Origin: Bacteroidales bacterium
Lineage (GTDB): Bacteria > Bacteroidota > Bacteroidia > Bacteroidales > M50B96
Assembly: GCA_021740905.1 (NCBI GenBank)
Contig: JAIOYV010000002.1
Location: 68,512 to 132,511 of the forward strand
Direction of reading: 5' to 3'
DNA: 64,000 bases
A program made the translations under genes and the position numbers. Under the pieces are notes generated by a model. It searched no databases. It was not told the origin of the DNA and was given only the letters and a program-made list of their open reading frames with translations. This document shows, piece after piece, positions 47,675 to 58,277 of the stretch; the stretch's first letter is position 1; every line of letters begins with the position of its first letter.

Positions 47675-48022
47675 TTAATCAATTGTCATTCGACAATTAT
47701 CAATAGATATAGTATCTGATTGAATATCGTTAAAGAAATTGTTCATGGTTTCTACTACCTCATTAATACGGTCTGGGTTTAAGCAATAGTTCACTTTTAC
47801 CCCTTCGATTGTTCCCTGAATAAGCCCTGCATTTTTCAATTCGTTCAAATGTTGGTTTACAGTTGTCCGGCTAAGTGGGAGTTCTTCCGAAATATCGCCT
47901 GAAATGCAAGTTTTCGAAAGGGCCAGGTATTTTAGAATGGACAGTCGCGCAGGGTGGGACAGGACCTTAAATAGTTGGGCCGCTTCCTGAAGACTTGATT
48001 CAAATAATTCAACTTTGGTCAT
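47675..48022 (-). CDS. arsR: ArsR/SmtB transcriptional repressor
   Basis: FKVLSHPARL.IL, TCISGDI, LSRTTVNQHL.ELK.AGLI, YC; ATG 48022. Confidence 0.92.
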   Translation of the reverse strand: MTKVELFESSLQEAAQLFKVLSHPARLSILKYLALSKTCISGDISEELPLSRTTVNQHLNELKNAGLIQGTIEGVKVNYCLNPDRINEVVETMNNFFNDIQSDTISIDNCRMTID

Positions 48023-48036
48023 ACTAATTTTAATTA

Positions 48037-48085
48037 TGACGCAAATATACGTCAAAATTTGATATGACCATAAAATACGTCATAT
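48037..48085 (-). promoter_or_regulatory. ars promoter with twin candidate ArsR operators
   Basis: tgacg-caaatata-cgtca (encloses the minus-strand TATATTTG box) and atatgac-N10-gtcatat. Confidence 0.65.
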
Positions 48086-48250
48086 TTTAATGTTAATTTA
48101 ACCTTTGAATCATGTTTTAGGGTCACAAGTGAACCAATGTCGGCGTGACTTTAAGGCACACCGGCACTCATTCCATGTAATTCACAAATTCCACCCAGAT
48201 TTATTTTCTGAAAACATTACATTTGCGAACTATAATTAAAAACATAAAAA

Positions 48251-50461
48251 ATGAAAGTATCACGACTTCTGATCCTGGTTTCAATCCTGTTCTCGCTAAA
48301 CCTGAATGTAAGCTGGTCGCAAAAGGGCGACAAAAGTATCACCCTCGATGGGGTAATGAAAGAATACCGTTTTTATCCCCGTTCGGTGCAGGGCATACTC
48401 TCAATGAACGATGGCGAGCATTACACAACCCTCGAAGGCCGTGGGAAATATATCGTGAAATTTCGGTACAGCGATGGCGGACTTGTCGATACGCTATGTA
48501 ATATTGATGCGCTTGGAATGGAAGATTTCACGGCAACTGGCGATTACGAATTTAGTGGCGATGAGAAAAAAGTGCTTCTTTACACGAACCGCGAAAGGAT
48601 ATACCGTCGCTCCTTTACAGCCGACTATTATGTGTATGACCTGGCCACCAAAAAAGTGGAACCACTCTCGGAGAATGGCAAGCAACAATTGGCTACTTTC
48701 TCACCCGATGGGTCGATGATTGCCTTTGTCCGTGGCAACAACATCTATATGAAATACCTCGAAACCGGGCAGGAGAGGGCCGTGACCACCGATGGTGAAT
48801 TTAACCGAATAATTAACGGTGCCCCCGATTGGGTTTACGAAGAGGAGTTCGAGTTCAACAAAGCCTTTGCCTGGTCGCCCGACAGCAAGTCGATTGCCTT
48901 TATGCGCTTCGACGAAGGCAACGTACATGAATTCGGGATGACCATGTTCGCAGGTTCAAATCCCACCCTCGAACAAAATAAATTGTACCCCGAATGTCGG
49001 GTTTGGAAATACCCCAAAGCGGGCGATGATAATTCAATTGTTACCGTGCATGTTTACCATTTGGCCGGAATGAACACCGAAAAAATGGATGTGGGGCGCG
49101 AGACCGATCAATACATCCCACGCATTAAATGGACACAGGACCCAAATCAACTCTGCATTTATCGTTTAAACCGCCTTCAGAATAAATTGGAATTATTGTT
49201 GGCCGACAGGAATTCAGGAAAAACAAAAGTTGTTTATACTGATGCGAACAAATATTATATCGATGAAAGCTATTTCGATGACCTGACTTTTTTGGATGAT
49301 AAAAAGCAGTTTATTATTCTGAACGAAAGCGATGGCTACACGCATATATATCTTTACGACCTCGCCGGAAAACTTGTGCAGCAAATCACCAAGGGCGAAT
49401 GGGATGTCACAGCTTTTTATGGTTTTAATCCCGATTCAAAATTGTTTTATTTCGAAGCCGCTGCCGTTTCACCCATGCAACGCGAAGTGTATTCAATAAA
49501 AATGAATGGCAAGGGCATGAAAAAACTTACAGATAAAGTAGGGACCAATTCAGCTTCTTTCAGTGCCAACTACAACTATTTTATCAACACCTACTCGTCG
49601 GTAAGCACACCCACTTTGGTTACCCTTCATAAATCGAATGGCAAAGAAATCCGTGTGTTGGAGGACAACCAGAAATACCGCGAAAGGCTTGCCGGTTATA
49701 AGTTCAACTACAAAGAGTTTTTTACTTTTACTACTTCTGAAGGGGTAACCCTGAATGCCTCCATGATAAAGCCACCTGATTTCGACCCAAACATAAAATA
49801 CCCGGTTTTAATGACCCAATACAGCGGCCCAAATTCTCAAGAAGTTTTGGATAGCTGGAATATCGATTGGGAACAAGTTTTAGCAGCCAATGGTTACTTC
49901 GTAGTTTCGGTGGATGGCCGGGGCACCGGAGCAAGAGGGGAGGAGTTCCGTAAAATGACCTACCTCCAACTGGGTAAATACGAAACCATCGACCAGATTG
50001 AAGGTGCCAAACACCTGCAAACTTTACCCTACATTGATGGAAGCCGGATCGGTATCTGGGGCTGGAGCTATGGAGGTTTCATCTCCACACTTTGCATGGA
50101 AAAAGGCGATGGCATTTTCAAGGCAGGCATTGCCGTGGCCCCTGTCACCAACTGGCGTTTTTACGACAATATCTACACCGAGCGTTTCATGCGTACACCC
50201 CAGGAAAACCCCAGTGGCTACGATGACAACTCACCCTTGTTTTTCGCCGACAAGTTGCAGGGCAAATACCTGATTTGCCACGGTAGCGCCGACGACAACG
50301 TACATGTGCAAAACACCATGGAGTTTATCGAAAAACTGGTTCAGGCCGACAAACAATTCGAAATGCAGATTTATACAAACCGCAACCATAGTATATATGG
50401 TGGGAATACTCGATACCATTTATTTACACGAAAGCTGAACTTTCTGTTGGAGAATTTGTAG
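48251..50461 (+). CDS. Dipeptidyl peptidase IV (S9B)
   Basis: DWVYEEE, YPKAG, GWSYGG catalytic Ser, ADDNVH, RNH; signal peptide. Confidence 0.95.
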   Translation: MKVSRLLILVSILFSLNLNVSWSQKGDKSITLDGVMKEYRFYPRSVQGILSMNDGEHYTTLEGRGKYIVKFRYSDGGLVDTLCNIDALGMEDFTATGDYEFSGDEKKVLLYTNRERIYRRSFTADYYVYDLATKKVEPLSENGKQQLATFSPDGSMIAFVRGNNIYMKYLETGQERAVTTDGEFNRIINGAPDWVYEEEFEFNKAFAWSPDSKSIAFMRFDEGNVHEFGMTMFAGSNPTLEQNKLYPECRVWKYPKAGDDNSIVTVHVYHLAGMNTEKMDVGRETDQYIPRIKWTQDPNQLCIYRLNRLQNKLELLLADRNSGKTKVVYTDANKYYIDESYFDDLTFLDDKKQFIILNESDGYTHIYLYDLAGKLVQQITKGEWDVTAFYGFNPDSKLFYFEAAAVSPMQREVYSIKMNGKGMKKLTDKVGTNSASFSANYNYFINTYSSVSTPTLVTLHKSNGKEIRVLEDNQKYRERLAGYKFNYKEFFTFTTSEGVTLNASMIKPPDFDPNIKYPVLMTQYSGPNSQEVLDSWNIDWEQVLAANGYFVVSVDGRGTGARGEEFRKMTYLQLGKYETIDQIEGAKHLQTLPYIDGSRIGIWGWSYGGFISTLCMEKGDGIFKAGIAVAPVTNWRFYDNIYTERFMRTPQENPSGYDDNSPLFFADKLQGKYLICHGSADDNVHVQNTMEFIEKLVQADKQFEMQIYTNRNHSIYGGNTRYHLFTRKLNFLLENL

Positions 50462-50576
50462 ATTGATTTTGGCATCTAAACTTATTGCTGCTACGAAAGT
50501 TTAAATGCTGACTAAATAATTTTTCAGAAACTATACCAACTACTGTAAATTGGTCTGATAAAAATATAACAAGAAA

Positions 50577-53495
50577 TTAGTCTTTTAAGCATCGTACACT
50601 AATTCCATAATTTTTGTCAATATCTTCTCTCCTTATTTGGTCATAGGTACTAGATAAAGATCTGAAATAAGCCTCTTGAGAATAGTAACTATACGAAGTC
50701 CAGAATGTGGTTGTAGAGTTTATGCCACCAAAATTTCCACTAGGACTTCTGTGTCCACCTGGTTTGGCAGAGAATCCATATAAATCAGTTCCATTACCTC
50801 CAGAATCCCAACCAGTTGTTGCTTTCAAATTCAATCCAGCATCATAACCTCTCCATCCGGCAGAAATCCAAATAGAACTAGGCAAATCATATAAACTATC
50901 AACTTCTCCTTCTAAGATCATCCATTCAAATTCGCTTGGTATATGCCAACCAACCGGACAAATTCCTTGAACACCACTGGGAACTAGACTACTACTTGAT
51001 GAACCATTCATCGCAGTAAGCCAAGTATACAATAACCCGAAAGTATTTGCATTTGTTGAATCATTATTATAATGACAATACGCTTTGTCGGTATATAGTA
51101 AATCCTCCCAATCACTCGTACTTGCAATATTTTGAATAGAGGTGCCGTCAGAGTAATGGGTTGTGCGCATGTTTTCTTTCATCCAACATTGATTTCCAAT
51201 TTTCACAGTATTGTAGATATTGCCCTCATAATCTGCAACTGTTGAAATGCCACAATAGAACGAAATAAAACTTATTTCTTGTCCGTATGCTGTACCTAGA
51301 CTATTCGTAGCATAGGCTTTAACATAATATAAAGCATAGGGGGACAATCCTGTAAGGATACTTGTAAAATAACCAGTACCAAGACTATCAACTGTAAATG
51401 TATCTGATAAAGTAGGGTTTCCTGTGGTATTCCAGCATATACCTCTGTCGATAATTTGGGATCCGCCATTATATGCCACCATTCCGCCACCCAATGCAGA
51501 AGTAAAACTAATGTTGTTTACCGAATCTGTATAGATAACGGGCAGACCTGGTTGCGGTGTTCCCGGATTTCTGAGACAACGCACCGATCTACCATAATCT
51601 TTGGAATTCGATGTGCCAATACTGCGCCCGATATAACCAAATTCATAATATATATGCCGACCCCAGGCTTCAATTGATGAGTATTGTGTTGTTGACCACC
51701 AAAGTGCACTCCAACCGTCATTGAAATATTGCCCATTATTATGCCGGCCTCCTCCAGGCAGTGCAGAAAAGCCATATAAATCAGGTCCATTCACTTCATT
51801 ATGCCACCCATAAGTTGCTCTAAGGTTGAATCCAGCATCATATCCTCGGCCTCCTATATCATCCCATTCTGCATCGGGATAATCATATAAACTATCGACC
51901 TCTCCTTCAAGTATTTTCCATTCTTCATCGCTGGGTACGTGCCATCCAATTGGACATATTCCCTGAACCCCGCTGGGTACATTATTGCTACTTCCACTAT
52001 TGTTCATTACTGCAGCCCATGTATAAAGGGCACCATAAATTGCTGCCATTTCAAGGGAATTATCATGATAACAATAGGCTTTATCCGTAGCTCCCAATAA
52101 TGCCCACGCACTTCCACTCGAAATGTAAGGTACCGCAGTTCCATTTGAATAGTGTGTTGATCTCAGGTTTTCTTTCATCCAACACTGACTGCCTATCTGA
52201 ACGGTATTATATAGGTTGTAATCAATATCAATAATTCCAGGCATTCCTGCGCATGGTGCACCTAGAGCCAGAGTAGAAAAGGTTACTTCATTTCCGTAGG
52301 CTGTACCCGTGCTATTAGTAGCATAAGCACGAAGATAATAAATTGTATCTGGCAATAGTCCTATGATATTACATATAAATAATCCAACTCCGTCACCGTT
52401 TACGCTTACCGAATCAAGTAGTGTAGGATTACCTATTGTATTCCAACAAATGCCACGAGCGGTTACTGGAAAACCACCATCATACGAAACTTGACCTCCA
52501 CCTGTTGCAGAGGATTGTGTGATGTTTGTTATGTTAGTAGTTATTGTATAAGGCAAGCCTGTCTGTCCAGGGTAAGTTAATGTTTGCGATGAATTCATTT
52601 TTATTTGATACCCTTCTCCTGGAATAAGATTTTCTATGAAATTGATTCCCCATTGAGGCCAATAAATACTCCCGATACTATTTTTTATGATGATTATGTC
52701 AGGAATAATAGGGTTCATCATGCTGACTAAAGGTGCTGAATTCTGCCGTAAATATCCAAGAAAACTCCAGCCTTGCGGAATAATGATTGGTGAATTTTCC
52801 GGTTCAACCGCAATGCCTTCAACAGTCATGGTCAAGGCCGAGGTCAGTTTAATTTGGTAGCCTTCTCCTATTATCAAATTGCCAATTACATTTATACCAT
52901 ATTGTGGCCAATACACATGTCCAATCCCGTTTTTAGCAATTTGAATATTCGATGAGAGGGAGGAACAAACACTATCAATGTTAGGCTCGAAAGGTATAAT
53001 GTAGGTTGAAAAGAAGCTCCAACCCTGGGGCAAATTGATATTTTGGGTGTCAGTTGAACTGGTCGCTTTCAATGTGGAAAGGCTACTCGCTCCATTGTTT
53101 GAATACCAATTTGTATTTTGTGCAACTGGTGGCTGAAAGTAAGATGGTAGTGCAATGAATTCACTACTGTCAGAGGTCCTCCATATTTTCCATTTAAACC
53201 TTTCTTCTCCGGAAAATCCACTGTTTTGCCCGGTCTGTTTGCCATAAGCCAGCAAGGAAATTGGGCTACCAGTCTATTGGGCGTAACCCGCACAAGCAAG
53301 ACCCCCTCCCGATAAATTATAAAACACACCAATAAAATCCCCAATTGAAACTTGTACTCCATCAATAGTCACAGGAATTGATTCTTGAATTTGGATTGTG
53401 TGATAAACCCCGGTATTGGTATAAGTCCAGGAAAGTTGGGAGTAGCCTGTGTTTATTGTGGCTAAGATCAGTAATATGAGAAAAAGATTCTTCAT
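50577..53495 (-). pseudogene. FISUMP (Fibrobacter succinogenes major paralogous domain) surface protein interrupted by one in-frame TAG
   Basis: ATG 53495 with signal peptide; ...CAGYAQ-TAG(53276-53274)-TGSPISLLAYG continues in the same frame into the 892-aa ORF; two P.GWSF repeats and two FN3-like + FISUMP modules (YNTV.IG.QCWMKEN, GICP.GWH.PS, G.SVRCL). Confidence 0.8.
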
Positions 53496-53630
53496 AGTTA
53501 AAATAGCTTTGGTAAATAATGAGCAATGATTGAGGGCTAAAAATAGATAAAATTGATTGAATATCAGAATATATGTTGGGAAGAAATTATACAATTTCAA
53601 ATTTCAGGATGGATTAATAGTGCAACAAAA

Positions 53631-53781
53631 TCCACCCCCTTAGTCCCCCGCCAGCGGGGGATATCCTCCGATTTACCACCTGTCAGGTATAATCTCTGGT
53701 TTTGATTTTTGAATTTAGAAGTCCAGCAAAAAGCTAATCCGATAAAATTTGCAACGAAGCACTGTCTCCCCTCGGGGGAAA
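53631..53781. repeat. GC-rich palindromic intergenic repeat, locus B
   Basis: tccacccccttagtcccccgccagcgggggatatcctccga and agcactgtctcccctcggggga match 781-910; further hairpin cccttcctttctcaaaggaaggg near 53846. Confidence 0.7.
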
Positions 53782-53981
53782 TTCCGGGAAGTAGAAATGA
53801 AAACAGTTAGAGATCTTTTAAGACAATTTTAGCAACAGGGGAAAGCCCTTCCTTTCTCAAAGGAAGGGTTGGGATGGATTAATATAATGAACATCAACTA
53901 TTTTCATTCATTTTTTTCCCCTACTTCAAAAAAAACAAAAAATAATTCCAAAAAAAATTGGAATTCTAAAAAATACTGCCT

Positions 53982-54015
53982 TATCTTTGTAGTGTATTAA
54001 TAATGTAGAACACTA
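53982..54015 (+). promoter_or_regulatory. Promoter box plus candidate GntR(YtrA)-type operator
   Basis: TATCTTTG immediately followed by palindrome tagtgt-atta-N6-taga-acacta upstream of the ABC-permease-GntR operon. Confidence 0.6.
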
Positions 54016-54027
54016 AAACACTTAGTC

Positions 54028-54870
54028 ATGTTGAAAATTGAAAAATTAGATTTCAGGTATCGAAAGGACAGAAAGCTTTTCGATGGCCTCGACCTGAACC
54101 TCGAAAAGGGCAACATCTATGGTTTGCTCGGAAAGAACGGTGCCGGAAAATCCACCCTCCTTAAAATTATGACAGGGCTTTTGTATGCCCAAAAGGGGAA
54201 AGCGGAATTGTACGATACTTCATTGGACAAGCGCTTACCCAAAACATTAAAGGAAATATTTTTTCTTCCCGAAGAGATATTTCTTCCTGATTTTACCACA
54301 GCGCAGTACATCGACCTACACTCGGTTTTTTACGACCGGTTCGATAAAAGCCAGATGAACGAAATGATGCGCGAGTTTGAAGTGAACGCCGAAGACCGGT
54401 TGAAAAACATGTCGTACGGGCAAAAGAAAAAATTCATCATTGCCTTTGCCCTGGCCACAAACTGCTCGTTGATCCTGATGGACGAACCCACCAACGGACT
54501 CGACATCCCCTCGAAAAGCAAGTTCCGGAAGGTAGTAGCTTCGATGATCGACGAAAACCGCTCCATCCTGATTTCGACCCACCAGGTGCGCGACCTCGAA
54601 AACCTCATCGACCCGGTGATCATCATCGAAAACGGTAAGATTATTTTCAACCATACGATTGATGAAATTTCGACAAAGCTCAATTTTCACAAAGTTGGCA
54701 AAGGCGAGCCTGCCCCAGAAAATATAATATACAGCGAGGATGTTTTTGGAGGTTCCTATATTGTAACAGCCAATACTTCAAACGAGGAATCGCAGGTCGA
54801 TTTTGAGTTGCTGTTCAATGCTGTTTTAAGCAATACGAACGGAGTTGTTGAACAAATTAAAAACCGATAA
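54028..54870 (+). CDS. ABC transporter ATP-binding protein (YtrB-like)
   Basis: GKNGAGKST, MSYGQKKK, LMDEPTNGLD, ISTH. Confidence 0.93.
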   Translation: MLKIEKLDFRYRKDRKLFDGLDLNLEKGNIYGLLGKNGAGKSTLLKIMTGLLYAQKGKAELYDTSLDKRLPKTLKEIFFLPEEIFLPDFTTAQYIDLHSVFYDRFDKSQMNEMMREFEVNAEDRLKNMSYGQKKKFIIAFALATNCSLILMDEPTNGLDIPSKSKFRKVVASMIDENRSILISTHQVRDLENLIDPVIIIENGKIIFNHTIDEISTKLNFHKVGKGEPAPENIIYSEDVFGGSYIVTANTSNEESQVDFELLFNAVLSNTNGVVEQIKNR

Positions 54871-54873
54871 GCC

Positions 54874-55656
54874 ATGAACCAGATATTTGATATAAACAGA
54901 ACCACCGCTCTACTGAAACTGAACCTAAGCCTGAACAAAAAAGCCATCCTGCTTGCCGTTGCCGGCTTTTTCGGCTTTGTGTTCATAACCTCTTTCTTTG
55001 TGGCAAACAATGCGCCTTCCCTCCTCAATAAGATGCACCTGATTTTCTACTTCATTTTGATTTACGGTGGTACAGCCCTTATTGCAGGCCGCTCTTTTTG
55101 GCATCTGAACAGCACCGAAAAATCAATTGCACACCTGAGCCTTCCGGCATCAACCTTTGAGAAATATTTTATTCCCTGGTTGCTGTCAGGTATCGTTTGG
55201 ATATTTGCCGCCATTGGATCGTACATGCTTTATTCGATGATCATCAACGGCCTGTGGTCGGGGGTTATGGGATTTTCGTACGAGGCATTCAACCCTTTTA
55301 ACATCCACATGGGGCCACAATCGCTGAACGAGGCTTACATGCCTTATTTCCTGGTACACTCCATATTTTTCCTTGGGGCGGCAGCTTTTCAAAAACATGC
55401 CATCCCGAAAACCTTGCTCGCTGGGTTCATTATCAATAGCCTGTTTACATTTATTAACCTGTTGTTTGTGATGTTCCTTTTTGGCGGGTTTGGCGATTTT
55501 AATCTGACTATGAACAGCCCAGAATCCTGGGAGCCTGATTTCAACTACTTTTTCACCGACTTCCTACCACGTTTTATAAAGACAGCTTTTGTGTATGTGA
55601 TTCCGGTGATATTCTATGTAGCTGCATTTTTCAAGATAAAAGAAAGGGAGGTTTAA
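54874..55656 (+). CDS. ABC-2-type permease-like membrane protein
   Basis: About 6 TM, LSLPASTFEKY, C-terminal KIKEREV. Confidence 0.8.
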   Translation: MNQIFDINRTTALLKLNLSLNKKAILLAVAGFFGFVFITSFFVANNAPSLLNKMHLIFYFILIYGGTALIAGRSFWHLNSTEKSIAHLSLPASTFEKYFIPWLLSGIVWIFAAIGSYMLYSMIINGLWSGVMGFSYEAFNPFNIHMGPQSLNEAYMPYFLVHSIFFLGAAAFQKHAIPKTLLAGFIINSLFTFINLLFVMFLFGGFGDFNLTMNSPESWEPDFNYFFTDFLPRFIKTAFVYVIPVIFYVAAFFKIKEREV

Positions 55657-55657
55657 G

Positions 55658-56029
55658 ATGGAATTCAGCAAAAACAAATCGATTTATATGCAAATTGCCG
55701 ACTACTTTTATGGGAATATCCTTCTCGAAAAGTGGAAGGTAGATGAGAAAGTCCCCTCGGTACGCCAACTGGCCGTTGATCTGGAAGTAAACCCAAACAC
55801 CGTAATGCGTACCTACACCCACCTTCAGGACAAGAATATTATTTACAATCAGCGTGGCATCGGGTTTTTTGTATCAAACGAAGCCCAGTCAATAGTAAAG
55901 GATCTCGTGAAGGAACAGTTCACAACTGACGAGCTGCCCGAGATATTCAAGACCATGGAAATGCTTGGCATGGACATGCAGGAAATATCGGATTATTACA
56001 ACAATTGGAAGTCGAACCTTAAAAACTAA
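55658..56029 (+). CDS. GntR (YtrA-subfamily) regulator
   Basis: SIYMQIAD, PSVRQLA..LEVNPNTVMRTY, RGIGFFV; 123 aa. Confidence 0.93.
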   Translation: MEFSKNKSIYMQIADYFYGNILLEKWKVDEKVPSVRQLAVDLEVNPNTVMRTYTHLQDKNIIYNQRGIGFFVSNEAQSIVKDLVKEQFTTDELPEIFKTMEMLGMDMQEISDYYNNWKSNLKN

Positions 56030-56034
56030 AAACC

Positions 56035-56130
56035 ATGAAAAAGATAAGCAATAGAATACTGTTAGGCACTTTGATAGCTGCCGTGTTGATATCAGTAGCC
56101 ATTATGATTGTTTTCAAAATGATGATCTAA
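56035..56130 (+). CDS. 31-aa single-TM peptide (not in ORF track); possibly a truncated gene
   Basis: MKKISNRILLGTLIAAVLISVAIMIVFKMMI*, 5 nt after the gntR stop, A-rich leader. Confidence 0.55.
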   Translation: MKKISNRILLGTLIAAVLISVAIMIVFKMMI

Positions 56131-56253
56131 TTTGACTTTTACAATGTGCCAGGAACTTCGTTATGCTCTAGTTTTAAGTCAGTCATTTACAAAAGTAAAC
56201 TCTGACTTTAAACTCTCGCAAGCCTTGTTCCTGACACCTTCTAATAGTCAAAT
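56130..56253. repeat. 124-bp ERIC-like palindromic element, copy 2
   Basis: 27-bp terminal arms with 4 mismatches (atttgacttttacaatgtgccaggaac / gttcctgacaccttctaatagtcaaat); inner stem agttttaagtcag/ctgactttaaact; core tcatttac-aaaa-gtaaactc. Confidence 0.8.
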
Positions 56254-56332
56254 CCATATATAAATCCTTATTGGGATCAAAACCTCTGATTATTGAATTA
56301 TTAACCCAAATTTTCTGATCGGAAACATGGAT

Positions 56333-56362
56333 AGTGGAGACGCAAGGCATTGCGTCTCTACT
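56333..56362. repeat. GTAG-type REP palindrome
   Basis: agtggagacgcaa-ggca-ttgcgtctctact (GTAGAGACGC on minus strand). Confidence 0.72.
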
Positions 56363-56458
56363 GTCGTTTTATCACTGCACTTTTTGAGGTATCAATATTC
56401 AAACAACCTTCAAAATAAATTTTCAACTGACTATCTTTGCCGGAGAAAACAAACGATT

Positions 56459-57286
56459 ATGAATTCGATAGTAGCATCCATACCAAAAATAAACTATACC
56501 GATAAGGAGAGTTTCTTCATGCTGGCGGGGCCTTGTGTGGTGGAAGGGCAGGAGATTACCCTGCGGATTGCCGAAAGGATAAAAGCGATCAGTGATAAAT
56601 TACAGATCCCCTTCATCTTTAAAGCCTCGTACAAAAAGGCCAACCGGTCGCGCATCGACTCATTTTCGGGGATCGGCGATGCGGAAGCCCTCTCGATCCT
56701 TCAAAAAGTAAAAGACCGTTTCGATCTGCCCATCGTGACCGATATCCATTCTGAAAAAGAAGCCTCATTTGCAGCCCAGGTTGCCGATGTGTTGCAGATT
56801 CCTGCTTTTCTTTGCAGGCAAACCGAATTGCTGGTGGCCGCTGCAAAAACAGGAAAAGTGGTCAACATAAAAAAAGGGCAGTTTTTAGCTGCCGGATCTA
56901 TGCAATTTGCCGCCAATAAAGTGATCGACTCTGGAAACCGTAATGTGATGCTCACAGACCGGGGCACAATGTTTGGCTACCAGGATTTAATTGTCGATTT
57001 CCGGGGCATCCCCGAAATGAAAAAATTTGGCTTGCCGGTGATCCTCGACATTACCCATTCGTTGCAACAGCCCAATCAGCAATCGGGCGTATCGGGCGGG
57101 CAACCTGAAATGATCGAAACCATTGCCAGGGCAGGGATTGCCGTGGGAGTCGATGGCCTGTTTGTAGAGACCCACCCCGAACCCCACAAAGCCTTGTCGG
57201 ATGGAGCCAATATGCTACACCTCGATCATCTCGAATGCCTGCTTGTAAAATTAAAGCGGATACATGAGTTGATAATTTCGTTATAG
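56459..57286 (+). CDS. kdsA: KDO-8-phosphate synthase
   Basis: AGPCVVE, KASYKKANRS, LQIPAFLCRQT, NIKKGQF, DITHSLQQP, ETHP.P..ALSDG; ATG 56459. Confidence 0.96.
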   Translation: MNSIVASIPKINYTDKESFFMLAGPCVVEGQEITLRIAERIKAISDKLQIPFIFKASYKKANRSRIDSFSGIGDAEALSILQKVKDRFDLPIVTDIHSEKEASFAAQVADVLQIPAFLCRQTELLVAAAKTGKVVNIKKGQFLAAGSMQFAANKVIDSGNRNVMLTDRGTMFGYQDLIVDFRGIPEMKKFGLPVILDITHSLQQPNQQSGVSGGQPEMIETIARAGIAVGVDGLFVETHPEPHKALSDGANMLHLDHLECLLVKLKRIHELIISL

Positions 57287-57422
57287 GCACGCAACTATTT
57301 GAAATATTATCCCGTTCTGTATGTTGAATCTTCGTAATTTTCAGTAGAAAGATTCACTTTTAATATTTTCAAAAATTATATTATTTTTACCCTCATTGAA
57401 AAAAGAACTTAAAATCAATAAA

Positions 57423-58190
57423 ATGAAAAAGAAAATTTTCTCGACTCAATCTTTTTTGCTGATAGGAATCTTGTTGCTGAGTGTGTTATATAGTTGCAAA
57501 GATAAAGATGTCACTGCGCCCCGTGCTTCTCTTGCTGGGCCAAACCCATACAAAATTACCCTGAACCAACGCTACCACGAGTACGGCCTGGCAACCCTTT
57601 GGGACAATTTGGATGATTCAGCTTCGCTTAACGTGACTATTGTACACGAAATTGACACACTGGAAAAGGAATTTCTTAATGTAGATGGAGATAACATTAA
57701 GCTGGGTGTTGGTGCTACTATCCAAACTGGCGAGTTTACGGTTACTTATACCGTTAAAGACGCTGCCGGGAACAAGACGGTACTTACACGAAGCGTAATA
57801 GTAGCAAATTCGTTGAGCAAGTTTACACGCCAATATAGTGTTACGAAAACCAATCTGAGTGACCCCCTCGATACATACGAGGATTACGATACCGATCTTG
57901 AGGCATACGAAAATTTGAATAACCGCATTCTCTTTGCTAACTTTTCCAATTTCGAAAATGTAAGTCTTTCTGTTCATGCCGATGTTCGTGGCGATAGTAT
58001 TTTTATCCCCCTCCATACTTTCCCGCCTGCAAGCTTTAGTTATTTGATTGAAGGGAAATATGATGAGACAGTAACGAATGGTTTTGCCGGTATGGTAAAC
58101 AGATCGAACTATGGTCTTGAAATTACTTTTACAGCCTCAAGCACTGGTACGGCTACACAGGATTTTCATGAGGTTTATACGAAATATTAA
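57423..58190 (+). CDS. Lipoprotein with DUF5011/Ig-like domain
   Basis: Lipobox LYSC-KDKD, D.TAP, G.FTVTYTVKDAAGN...TRSVIV. Confidence 0.75.
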   Translation: MKKKIFSTQSFLLIGILLLSVLYSCKDKDVTAPRASLAGPNPYKITLNQRYHEYGLATLWDNLDDSASLNVTIVHEIDTLEKEFLNVDGDNIKLGVGATIQTGEFTVTYTVKDAAGNKTVLTRSVIVANSLSKFTRQYSVTKTNLSDPLDTYEDYDTDLEAYENLNNRILFANFSNFENVSLSVHADVRGDSIFIPLHTFPPASFSYLIEGKYDETVTNGFAGMVNRSNYGLEITFTASSTGTATQDFHEVYTKY

Positions 58191-58277
58191 TTTTGAAAAA
58201 ATAATAATAATCATTTTTGATTGGGAAGATGTTCAGAAATTAAGTTTTTTGAACATCTTTCTTTTTTATTAAGTTTA

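Noticed and set aside
48138..48168. Hairpin tgtcggcgtg...cacaccggca as a riboswitch or ncRNA
   Set aside because: Single imperfect hairpin with no recognisable family motif or second copy
50577..54027. Diversity-generating retroelement targeting the FISUMP C-termini
   Set aside because: No reverse transcriptase and no template repeat differing only at adenines seen in the window
56327..56458. N-terminal extensions in the ORF track (kdsA, and likewise arsM, nfnB, GH26, 42091, 61747)
   Set aside because: Extensions cross REP hairpins, promoter boxes or upstream genes; downstream ATGs match family N-termini
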